A stretch of DNA of 64,000 nucleotides from an uncultured Gammaproteobacteria bacterium. Its GTDB lineage: Bacteria; Pseudomonadota; Gammaproteobacteria; Xanthomonadales; Xanthomonadaceae. Of this stretch, positions 38,656 through 47,312 are shown one piece after another. The DNA lies in NCBI GenBank assembly GCA_963783035.1, contig CAWAMC010000001.1:133410-197409 (forward strand), in the 5' to 3' direction. A program made the translations under genes and the position numbers. Within the stretch, counting starts at the first letter, position 1. Each line of letters begins with the position of its first letter. The notes beneath the pieces were generated by a model that worked only from the letters and a program-made list of their open reading frames with translations, made no database searches and was not told the DNA's origin.

Positions 38656-41610
38656 ATGTTGAGCCTCGAAAAACCGCTGACGATCGATGGGCTGACTGTC
38701 TTTCGCGATCATGCCGATCCGAATCAATTCTGGTATCTGCCTGGCCCTGTGTCGCTCGCGCGCCGCGCGAACGAGCCTGCCCTGGCCGAATTCTCGATGC
38801 TGAAGTACAAAGCCGCCAGCGTCGATGTCGCCAAGAAAGGCGGCGGGTTTCTGATGTTCAAGGCGACCTTGAAACTCAGCCCGCAACTGGAATCGCGGAT
38901 CACCGGCCGCTTGAACGCGGAGCCCGGCGTCACCCCGCCGGTTCGTTTGACCGCAGCGCCGTTCGAGGAAGGCGCCGTGCAGTGCATCGCGCTCAATGTG
39001 CAGGGCGCGGGCGGTACCGCGGCGGCCCCGCCGCCCGAGGGCGCGTTCAATGCGGTCGAGCATATTCTCGGCGCATCCACGCCATCCATGGATAGCTCGA
39101 ACGATGCCGCGTTCAGCCTGACGCTTTCGCAGGAAGGCGCGACCATCCTCGAACAGGCGATGAGCGATGGCATGACCCCGATCGGGGTCATCTACAACAT
39201 GAAATATCTGGCGATGCGTCCGGCGATCGATGTCGAGATCACCGCCGATTTCGAGCGCATCTTCAATCATTTCAGCGTCAGTCTCGAAGCGCAGTACATG
39301 TATCTGCGCGGCGGCATCGATGCCGCGTTCGAATCCTTGGTGCAGACCGGCGCGATCGTGATCAAGGTGCTGACCTTCACCGACGAGGAAGACGAGCGCG
39401 AGCAAGAGCGCTGGGCCTTGGAATTCTTCAAGGACGATCTGCTGTCGAAATGGTTCGAGCCCTCGTTAACGCCGGGCCAGACCGCCGCCGATGTGGCCGA
39501 TGCCGATCCGCTCAGTGAAGTGATTGCGACCGGCCGCGATTTGTTGCGCGATGCCACCACCAGCACGACCACGGGCACAGGAACGGGCACAGGCACAGGC
39601 ACCAACACCAGTGGAACGACGACGAATACATCGACCGGTGCGGGGACCACACAAATTCAGCCGGCCGTACTGACCGTCGATGAGCAGCAACCGACGCCGT
39701 TGCCGGCCGGGCAGGGCGTGACTCACACACCATCGGCTTCGGGACTGAGCGAGACCCTCACGATCACCGGCGCCGGTGCGACGGTGAGAGTCGCGGGACA
39801 AGCGGTGACGCCGGATTCCGCTGGGCGCATTACGGTCGCGGTCGATCCCGCTTCGCAGAAATCCATCGAAGTGGATTGGCCCGCTGCGAGCGAAGAGCAA
39901 ACGTTCGGCTTGTTCTTCGATTTCGACAAACCATCCGAGGCCGGTTGGCGGGTGAATCCGCCCTCGACCGAATACCGAGCGTACGTCGATAACACCACCA
40001 CCGACCCGCGGTTCCGCGATGCTTCGGGCACGTTACGAATCGAAGGCGACGGTAACTGGAGCGGCCCGGAGCGCGGCGCCGATCGTCTGCGCGCCTGGAT
40101 ACAACGACTGCCGGCACCACGAACGGTACGCGTCGAAGCCTATGCCAGTCACGAACATGTCAACGGCGCGAGCGAAAGCGCACGGGCTTCGCACAACACT
40201 CGTTTGGCGACACGGCGTAGAGAAGTCGCACTGGCCATCGTGCAACGCGCCGGCGGCACTGTCAGTGGCGGTATCCCCCACGGCGATGCGCCCGCATCGA
40301 CCCGCCCCGGCTCGCATTCGGCGATGGGCGGAGACCCCGACAATCGCGTTGCGCACATCATCGGCCGCAGTGCAGGCACCACGCCTTCGCGTTGGCGCGG
40401 CACTTTGCGTCGCCCCGCTTCGATCGTGATCCCGCCGCAACCGCAGCCGCAACCACAGCCCCAGCCCCAGCCTCAACCGCAGCCACAACCACAACCACAA
40501 CCGCGACCGCAGCCGACCCCGTCGGCCGGCGGCGCTTCGCCGATTGGCGCTTCTTTGAAATTGAAATTCGTGCATCAGGAAGAACGTAAGAAACTCACGC
40601 TGCGCTACAACCGTGCCGAAGCGACACGACGCACGTACGCGCCGCAAGGCTTCTTCGGGTTGATGCTCGGCGATCTGCGCGATAAATCGAAATACTTCAA
40701 AGAAATCGATCTCGACGATCCGTTCTTTCGCGAGTTCAAGGTCGAAGCCAGTACGCCGGTCGCGTTCGAGCCGATCGGTTTGGTGTCGGCTCAAGTCGCG
40801 CTCGACTACGGCGATCCGTCCAAGCCGCTGGATCACAAGCACGCCGATTTCGTGTTCGTCGCTGGCGACACCGGGCCGAAGACGTTCAAAGTGTTCCTCA
40901 ACTCGACGCGCGATATCGATTACGACGTCGGCTTCCAGTACCACTTCGATCCGCAATCGGGTTGGGCCGCGGACCGCTCATCCTACAATATCCCCGCCGA
41001 ACCGACGGTCGACCGTACATTGTTCGTCAATCCTTACGAGCACATCGAGTTCCGCGAAATCACGGCGACGCCCGGCGATATCGATTGGGAAGTCGTCGAA
41101 ACGATCGAAGTGCGGCTGCAGGCGCACGGCTACGCACAACCGGAACCGCGCACAGCCTTGTTGCTGACCCGCGACAGCGGCCCGCTGACCTGGAAACTGC
41201 GCGGCGCCCGGCCGGCGCCACCGAATCGCGGCGTGACCTATCAACTGGTACAGCGCTTGAAAGACGGCACCAGCAACCGCACTGACCCGATCGATGTCGA
41301 TATTCCGCAGATCATCGTCCACGACTTGTTCGAAGACGCCTTGAAATTGGAATTCATCCCGGTCTTCGATCCGAATGCGGTCTCCCGTGTGTTCGTCGAT
41401 GTCGAATACCGCGACGACGATAACGCTTACGAACGCGACGAACGCCTGGAGATATTGGGCAGCGCGACCGATCCGGTGAAGTTGCGGATCGCCTTGCGCG
41501 ATAAGACCAAGCGCGAGTTCCGTTATCGCTTCACGTTCGTCGGCCCGACCGGTAGTTTCGATCGGCGGCCGTGGGTGCAGACCGAAGAAGAACTGCTGCC
41601 GGTGCAATGA
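38656..41610 (+). CDS. Uncharacterised cluster protein G (core with inserted OmpA-like domain, Thr-rich and PQ linkers + 3 repeats)
   Basis: Close paralog of protein F (FRDHADPNQFWYLPGPV, YAPQG, EIDLDDPFFR). The insert carries FFDFDK..VEAYAS..NTRLATRR..DNRVA. Confidence 0.85.
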   Translation: MLSLEKPLTIDGLTVFRDHADPNQFWYLPGPVSLARRANEPALAEFSMLKYKAASVDVAKKGGGFLMFKATLKLSPQLESRITGRLNAEPGVTPPVRLTAAPFEEGAVQCIALNVQGAGGTAAAPPPEGAFNAVEHILGASTPSMDSSNDAAFSLTLSQEGATILEQAMSDGMTPIGVIYNMKYLAMRPAIDVEITADFERIFNHFSVSLEAQYMYLRGGIDAAFESLVQTGAIVIKVLTFTDEEDEREQERWALEFFKDDLLSKWFEPSLTPGQTAADVADADPLSEVIATGRDLLRDATTSTTTGTGTGTGTGTNTSGTTTNTSTGAGTTQIQPAVLTVDEQQPTPLPAGQGVTHTPSASGLSETLTITGAGATVRVAGQAVTPDSAGRITVAVDPASQKSIEVDWPAASEEQTFGLFFDFDKPSEAGWRVNPPSTEYRAYVDNTTTDPRFRDASGTLRIEGDGNWSGPERGADRLRAWIQRLPAPRTVRVEAYASHEHVNGASESARASHNTRLATRRREVALAIVQRAGGTVSGGIPHGDAPASTRPGSHSAMGGDPDNRVAHIIGRSAGTTPSRWRGTLRRPASIVIPPQPQPQPQPQPQPQPQPQPQPQPRPQPTPSAGGASPIGASLKLKFVHQEERKKLTLRYNRAEATRRTYAPQGFFGLMLGDLRDKSKYFKEIDLDDPFFREFKVEASTPVAFEPIGLVSAQVALDYGDPSKPLDHKHADFVFVAGDTGPKTFKVFLNSTRDIDYDVGFQYHFDPQSGWAADRSSYNIPAEPTVDRTLFVNPYEHIEFREITATPGDIDWEVVETIEVRLQAHGYAQPEPRTALLLTRDSGPLTWKLRGARPAPPNRGVTYQLVQRLKDGTSNRTDPIDVDIPQIIVHDLFEDALKLEFIPVFDPNAVSRVFVDVEYRDDDNAYERDERLEILGSATDPVKLRIALRDKTKREFRYRFTFVGPTGSFDRRPWVQTEEELLPVQ
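40435..40500 (+). repeat. (Pro-Gln)x11 coding repeat
   Basis: CCN-CAR hexamers using mixed synonymous codons. Confidence 0.9.
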
Positions 41611-42533
41611 ACATCGAGGCTGCGCCGCTGATGCCGACGATCGCCCGGTCGCGTCTCGCGGCGCCGGTCGAAGCGACATTACAGCGGCTGCAGACGGTGG
41701 CGCCGGCGTCGTCCGACACCGCCCGTACATGGTTAGAGACGGTGCTCGATCCCTTGTCCGCATCGGTGTGGCCGGAGATGGCGTGGTGTTTCAGCCGCTT
41801 GACCAATACCGGGATGCCAGTCGAATTCGCGTGGTCTTCGCGCGAGGCTGCCGTCCGCTGGACCGCGGAAGTCGCTGCGCCGGAAATCGACAACGCCCAA
41901 CGCTTATCGCTGGCGGCCGCGTTGCTGCCGTGGTCGCTCGAATTGCAACCGTGGCTGCGTGCGCAACAGAACGCCGCATTGAAATACGGCGCGTGGATCG
42001 GTGGCCGGCATAAGCCGGACACCGCAACCAAACTGTATGTCGAGCTGGACAGCGGCGCATCGTTTCCCGGTTGCGATACGCACCCATTGTTGCGCTCGGA
42101 CGGATTGCTGTGGCGCATGGCGGGACTCAATGCCGACGGCAGCCGCGAATACTATGCGCGCGGGCCGTCGCTGGATCTGCAGCGTATCGACGCGATGTCG
42201 CGGATGGTCGCCGACGACAACGCAGATTTTCTCGCGTTGGTGAAGACGTTGACCGATGGCCATGATCTACCGCGGCCCTCCGGCATCAGTCTCGTCCTCG
42301 CGCCCGATGGTCGCCCGCTGGCGTTCACGTGGTTCACGTTCGCCAAAGCGATCTTTCGCGACGACGATGCGGTGTCGGCGTGTCTGCGTCCATTCGCTAC
42401 CGGCGATGCTGCGAGGATGTATACGGCGCTGTCGTCCGGCGCGCGCGATGGACGTTGGCGGCACGGCATGATCGGTGCGGGCGTCGACGCGCGCGGCGCG
42501 ACCTGGGTGCAGTGCGGTTTGCGTCCGACATGA
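41607..42533 (+). CDS. Putative ABBA/DMATS-fold aromatic prenyltransferase-like protein
   Basis: ATGA overlap with protein G. SRLTNTGMPVEFAW..VRWTAE and TKLYVE resemble the DMATS-family S.LT.DG.P.E.SW..VR and KxY motifs. Confidence 0.5.
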   Translation: MNIEAAPLMPTIARSRLAAPVEATLQRLQTVAPASSDTARTWLETVLDPLSASVWPEMAWCFSRLTNTGMPVEFAWSSREAAVRWTAEVAAPEIDNAQRLSLAAALLPWSLELQPWLRAQQNAALKYGAWIGGRHKPDTATKLYVELDSGASFPGCDTHPLLRSDGLLWRMAGLNADGSREYYARGPSLDLQRIDAMSRMVADDNADFLALVKTLTDGHDLPRPSGISLVLAPDGRPLAFTWFTFAKAIFRDDDAVSACLRPFATGDAARMYTALSSGARDGRWRHGMIGAGVDARGATWVQCGLRPT

Positions 42534-43378
42534 GTCGCGCGGCACGCGCAGTGCATGCCGAGATCGTCCCGATCCACGCATCGGCGGATGGTTTCATCGA
42601 CAGCGAAATGCAGACTGCGAGCGGGCGATTTGCAGATCGCAACGGTTTCACGACAGCGCTCGCGGTGCGTGCCCTACGTAGGCGCGGCCGTGCGTCGTCA
42701 TGCTCGACGATGCTCGATGCGCTGGAGCGCTGCCGCACTCATGAGGGTGGTTTCGGTTTCTGGCCATCCGATATGCGACCGTCTTGGGCGCCATCGCTGC
42801 CTGCGGATGCCGACGACACCGCGATCATGACCATGGAACTCTTTCTCGCTGGGCGGTTGTCGCGCGACGAAGCCCGGCGTATCGCGTGTCTGACGATCGG
42901 AAAACATCGGATCTCGCGTTTGCCTCAGTTGCGGCCGCCCTGGTTGCGTACCGGCGTGTTTTCGACGTGGCATCGTCGCGGCATCGCTTTCGATTTGATC
43001 GACTGCACCGCGATCGCGAATGCGTTGGCACTCTTCGCTGTACTCGATCTGCAGACGATTCCCGGCGTGCGCGCGTCGATTGCGTTGTTGCGCGATGCCA
43101 TCGCCTGGGCGGGCGACGATGAACTTCGCGCTTGCAGTCTGTCGCCGTTTTACCCCGATCCACTCGAACTGGTGCTCGCACTGGACAATGCGATCGAGGC
43201 CGGCGCTACCGACCTCGCTGAGGCGCGCGCCGCGGCGATACGCACGCCTTGGGGACAGAACGCCGAAACCCGCGCCGCGCACGAAGATCACCGTGTGTGT
43301 TCCAGTCCGTATGGCGCATCGGTGTGGCGCTCGCCAGCGTTGGCGCGTCTGCGCGCGGGAATGTCGACGGCCGCTTAA
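42530..43378 (+). CDS. Putative class II terpene cyclase-like protein (single alpha/alpha-barrel domain)
   Basis: ATGA overlap. PADADDTA (DxDD), GGFGFW, GVFSTW, IDCTAIANAL and SPFYP motifs. Confidence 0.6.
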   Translation: MSRAARAVHAEIVPIHASADGFIDSEMQTASGRFADRNGFTTALAVRALRRRGRASSCSTMLDALERCRTHEGGFGFWPSDMRPSWAPSLPADADDTAIMTMELFLAGRLSRDEARRIACLTIGKHRISRLPQLRPPWLRTGVFSTWHRRGIAFDLIDCTAIANALALFAVLDLQTIPGVRASIALLRDAIAWAGDDELRACSLSPFYPDPLELVLALDNAIEAGATDLAEARAAAIRTPWGQNAETRAAHEDHRVCSSPYGASVWRSPALARLRAGMSTAA

Positions 43379-43416
43379 AACGGCCGATGTCGTCCGCCTG
43401 CTGCCGTCGCGAAGTT

Positions 43417-43932
43417 TTAAATACCGCGAAAATAAATATCGACGTAATCCGTGGCGCTGTCGCAGGGGTTATCCATTTCCTGCAGCCGCCAATATTTTCG
43501 ACCGGACTTAGTGCGGAAGTTGAATCGGCCGCTGCGCTTGCATTCTTCGCCGTTGGCGATGTGGTGAACGCGCATGAGGATGTCGCCCTCGAACACGAAA
43601 CCGTCTTTACTGGCGGATACGATCTTGCCGGATAGGCGCACGTAGTCGCCCGCGTTCTCGCCATCGCCGATCTGTTCGCCTTTGACCGACAAAGTCTTGC
43701 CGCCGTCCTCGACGATGAGCGTGCCTGCTTTCGACAAATCGCCCCATCCGAGCCACTGCAGGGTCAAATGATGTTCGCCGATCAATTTCGCTTTCGCCGC
43801 GGCATCCAAACCGTTCGCTGCGGGTGCGCTGGCGCTGCGAGAAGGCTTCGGCGGCGCCGATTGCGCGATGAATGCGCTGGTCGCGATCGCGACCGACAAC
43901 AGCAGAGCGGACAACAATTTTAAGGACGGCAT
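43417..43932 (-). CDS. Exported hypothetical protein
   Basis: Signal peptide MPSLKLLSALLLSVAIA; LTLQW, KYWRLQEMDNPC and DYVDIYF. Confidence 0.75.
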   Translation of the reverse strand: MPSLKLLSALLLSVAIATSAFIAQSAPPKPSRSASAPAANGLDAAAKAKLIGEHHLTLQWLGWGDLSKAGTLIVEDGGKTLSVKGEQIGDGENAGDYVRLSGKIVSASKDGFVFEGDILMRVHHIANGEECKRSGRFNFRTKSGRKYWRLQEMDNPCDSATDYVDIYFRGI

Positions 43933-43972
43933 CGGAATGCGGTGCTCCAGGGTAGATGCGGGTGGATATCGG

Positions 43973-45169
43973 CTACGGCGTCGGCGCTTGTGGATCGAGC
44001 AAATTACGCCCGTCCGTGCTGTGTTTGGTTTCGGCGATCTGCACATCGATATCGCGATTGACCGAAGTGTCGACGATGTCGTGATGCAAGGGCTCGGCCG
44101 CCGCTTCGATGTCCTGCGCATCGCGCGTGCGCGTGGCGACGACATGATAAATCGTGCGTGGGGCTTCGATATCGGCTTCGGCGAACGCGGCTTTCACGCG
44201 ACGTATCGCTTCGCTGCGGACCTTGCCCATGTCGGTCTCGTGCTGATTCACCCAACCGAAGAATCGTAACTGGATGCCGTTGACGCCGTATTCGACCACG
44301 GTCCATGCCGGTGCGGGATCGTCGAGCACGCCTTCGATTTGCGCGATCGCTTCCATCGCGAGCGTCTGCGAGCGGCGAATCGATTGGCTGCCGTCGATCA
44401 GCATCGAGAAATCGAAACGACGCTTGGGGTTTCGGCTGTAATTCAGCACGACCGATTTGAACACGAGGCTGTTGGGTAACTGCAATTGACCGCCGTCCAT
44501 CGTCATCAGCACGGTGGCGCGCGAATTGACCGACATCACCTTACCTTCACGATTTTCGATCACGACGTGATCGCCCGGTTCGAACGGTCGTCGCACGCTG
44601 AGCAGAATGCCGGCGACGTAGTTCTCGGCGATTTCGCGGAACGCGAAACCGAGTACGAGCCCAGCCACGCCTGCCGACCCCAACACGGCGCCGACGACGG
44701 CGCTCATGCCGAGCAGGTCGAGCGCGATCAAAATCCCGATCAGCACGATCGCGGTGCGCACGACCATCCGCACCAGCCCACTCATGTACGGATTCTCGGA
44801 GCGTATTTTGAGCAGATGCAGACGATTCGCGATGAAGCGCGAGATCCAATGCGCGAATAACAGCACCAAGGTCGCGAGTACCAGCAGCGGGATTTTTTTC
44901 AGCAGACTCACGCCGGCTTCGCGCGCGGTTCCGAACATCGCGTCGAGGCAGTCGCCGAGGTGGTTCGCCGCGCAACGCGATTCGGCGAGTTCGTACGCGG
45001 TGGGCGCTGCGTTTTTTTCTGCGGCGGGTGCCACCGCTTTCGTCTGCGTCAGCGCAGTCGCGACCCCTTTGTGCGAAGTCTGCGCATGCGCCGCGTAGGG
45101 TGGCGCCGCGACGAGCAGACAGAAAAGCAGAATAACGGCAGCGAAGGCTCGCATCGCGACACCGGTCAT
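43973..45169 (-). CDS. MscS family mechanosensitive channel
   Basis: GVAGLVLGFAFREIAENYVAG, PFEPGD and PNSLVF..NYS motifs. Confidence 0.9.
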   Translation of the reverse strand: MTGVAMRAFAAVILLFCLLVAAPPYAAHAQTSHKGVATALTQTKAVAPAAEKNAAPTAYELAESRCAANHLGDCLDAMFGTAREAGVSLLKKIPLLVLATLVLLFAHWISRFIANRLHLLKIRSENPYMSGLVRMVVRTAIVLIGILIALDLLGMSAVVGAVLGSAGVAGLVLGFAFREIAENYVAGILLSVRRPFEPGDHVVIENREGKVMSVNSRATVLMTMDGGQLQLPNSLVFKSVVLNYSRNPKRRFDFSMLIDGSQSIRRSQTLAMEAIAQIEGVLDDPAPAWTVVEYGVNGIQLRFFGWVNQHETDMGKVRSEAIRRVKAAFAEADIEAPRTIYHVVATRTRDAQDIEAAAEPLHHDIVDTSVNRDIDVQIAETKHSTDGRNLLDPQAPTP

Positions 45170-45170
45170 C

Positions 45171-45671
45171 TTAGAAATACCAAGCGAAGACGAAGATGCC
45201 CAGCATCGTGAAGGCGAGCCCCAATTTCAACACGACGCCGACCACGATGCCGAACCATGTGCCGAGACCGACTTTGGCCGCTTGGCCGATGCCGGCGCGA
45301 TCGAGTTTGCGTTGGAACATCAACTCGCCGATCGCAGCACCGACGAACGGCGCGACGAAGACACCGACGAAGCCCATGAACAAACCGACGACCATGCCGA
45401 TCATCGCGCCGGCGACTGCCATTCGACTGGCGCCGACTTTTTTCGCGCCCATCGCGGTAGCCATCAAGTCGATCGCGAACGACAGCAGCATCAATACGCC
45501 CAGCGCGACGAGCACCCAAACGCTGATGCGTTGGAAGTCGTCGACCCACGCGGCCAACAGCATGCCGCCGAAGACCAAAGGCAGGCCGGGTAGGGCAGGC
45601 AAAATGGCGCCGAGCAAGCCGACGACGATCAATACCGCGGCGAGGATGAAAAGCAGATTTTGAGTATCCAT
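45171..45671 (-). CDS. DUF456 family membrane protein
   Basis: ILPALPG, GAKKVGAS and PFVGAAIGEL motifs. Confidence 0.85.
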   Translation of the reverse strand: MDTQNLLFILAAVLIVVGLLGAILPALPGLPLVFGGMLLAAWVDDFQRISVWVLVALGVLMLLSFAIDLMATAMGAKKVGASRMAVAGAMIGMVVGLFMGFVGVFVAPFVGAAIGELMFQRKLDRAGIGQAAKVGLGTWFGIVVGVVLKLGLAFTMLGIFVFAWYF

Positions 45672-45852
45672 TGATTCCGAGTCGAAGTCGGCGAATGCCC
45701 ACGGCGCATGATTGCACGTCGCGCGGGGCGATGCATGCGACGTCAGTCATGCCGATGAGGGCGGTGCGGGTAGGCGTCGCGCGTCAGTCAATGCGGTCGT
45801 GCGCTCGCGATGACTTGATGGTTGTGTCGATGAGATCGAAACGCCCGGATAC

Positions 45853-45880
45853 GACGCGGCCCGCAGAAGCGGGCCGTGTC
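45853..45880 (-). terminator. Hairpin terminator after M35 protease gene 2
   Basis: ACGCGGCCCGC-AGAA-GCGGGCCGTGT. Confidence 0.55.
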
Positions 45881-45915
45881 GGAGTGATCGAATGTTTCGC
45901 GGCGGCGGACCAAAC

Positions 45916-47109
45916 TCAGTTTTGGAACGGCGTGTTTTCCGCGAAATACTCGTGGTTATCGGCGTTATCCACCGCTTGCGTCGGGTTGGTGTTCGCGAGG
46001 TTATTCGCGCCAGGCTGACCGTAGACATGGTCGTCGGTGCCGGCGACGATATTGAAATGGCTCATCTCGTGAATCAGCGTGCCGGCCTTGGAATCTGTGC
46101 CGGTCATCGGCGCGGCCCAGAAGGCGTTGCAAACGAAAATCTCGTAGTGTTGCGACGGGAAGACGTAAGCGTAGGCGTTGATCAAGTCGGGCGCGCAAAC
46201 GCAGTTGACGGCGAGCTGACCGTTGTTCTGGTCCATCGCGTTGTCGATAGCAACGAAATGCTGCTGTGCAGTGGTATAGCGCGTCGAGGCGTATGCGCCG
46301 AACCATGAGGTGTAGCGCGGGCCGGTCGCGTTACCGTTGAGATAGCCCTTGGCATTCTCGGAGTAGCCGCGCGCGGCGATGATGGCGTTGCCGATCAGAT
46401 CTTGGCGATCGACGGTACAACCGGAATACACGACATTCAAACCGAAAGCGGTATTGGAGTTGCCGCGTACGACGCGGTACGCCGACGGCCTTGGCTTGCC
46501 GCCGGTCGGTACGACCGCGTTCGTGACGGCGCGCACCTGGATCGGCACGCTCTTGGCCATCATCGGCGCGCCGTTGGCTTGTTTCAGGCGCTCGGGGCCG
46601 GAGAGCGAGGCGAATTGCAGCGGCGCATTGAACTCGACCGTGTAGTGCCCGCTCGCGCTCATGTCGTAAAGGGGCGACAGATCGACCACCGCGCGGTGAT
46701 TGCCGCCCGGCCGGATCACGACGAACTCTTCGGCGGTGGGCACGCTGCGCTTGACCATCGCGCCTTCGAACCGGATCGGCTGACCATCGCGACTGATCTG
46801 GAACAGATTCGAGACGCTCGCGGCGGACGGCAATTGCCAATAGGGGATACGCAGCGTTTTGCGGCTAGCGTTGGTCAGGATGACTTCGACGCGGCGGTCG
46901 CCAACGGCATACAGACCGACACGGAGCGGATTGGCTTTCGCGGACTTGGTGCCGGAGAAGATCCCCCGCGATTCGTAGAAACGTTTCATCAGCGGCGCAG
47001 CGCCGGCATCGCCGGAGGCGGTGACGGCGAGGCCCGCGACCATCGCCGTGCCCGCTAGGGCGATGGCGGTACCGAACAGCCGGAACGTATTCGAAGAGGT
47101 GGAGCGCAT
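45916..47109 (-). CDS. Secreted M35 (aspzincin, lysine-specific-like) metalloendopeptidase, paralog 2
   Basis: Signal and pro-peptide; GTLIHEMSHF, GTDD and NADNHEYFAE motifs. Confidence 0.9.
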   Translation of the reverse strand: MRSTSSNTFRLFGTAIALAGTAMVAGLAVTASGDAGAAPLMKRFYESRGIFSGTKSAKANPLRVGLYAVGDRRVEVILTNASRKTLRIPYWQLPSAASVSNLFQISRDGQPIRFEGAMVKRSVPTAEEFVVIRPGGNHRAVVDLSPLYDMSASGHYTVEFNAPLQFASLSGPERLKQANGAPMMAKSVPIQVRAVTNAVVPTGGKPRPSAYRVVRGNSNTAFGLNVVYSGCTVDRQDLIGNAIIAARGYSENAKGYLNGNATGPRYTSWFGAYASTRYTTAQQHFVAIDNAMDQNNGQLAVNCVCAPDLINAYAYVFPSQHYEIFVCNAFWAAPMTGTDSKAGTLIHEMSHFNIVAGTDDHVYGQPGANNLANTNPTQAVDNADNHEYFAENTPFQN

Positions 47110-47262
47110 GGGGTTTTCTCCTGCTGACCCGTGGCCGGGCTCGATTTCGACGCAGATGCTAGCAGGTCGCACGCCGCGTGGCATCGGCCTACAGGGTGCT
47201 GCCGTAACCTGAATAGGCCTTTTTTAGCCTTAATGGAATCGATGGTTCATACCCTCAAACGG

Positions 47263-47286
47263 CATGGCCCGCCGAAGCGGGCCATG
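47263..47286 (-). terminator. Hairpin terminator after M35 protease gene 1
   Basis: CATGGCCCGC-CGAA-GCGGGCCATG. Confidence 0.55.
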
Positions 47287-47312
47287 CGGTCGAACGAGTC
47301 GATTCGATCCGA

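Noticed and set aside
40435-40500. Phase-variable simple sequence repeat
   Set aside because: In-frame hexamers with mixed synonymous codons indicate a protein-level PQ linker, not a slippage switch.
25571-41610. Assignment as T6SS, eCIS/tailocin, Tc toxin or prophage
   Set aside because: No recognisable sheath, tube, VgrG/PAAR, baseplate, AAA ATPase, RHS/YD repeat, capsid, terminase or integrase motifs.
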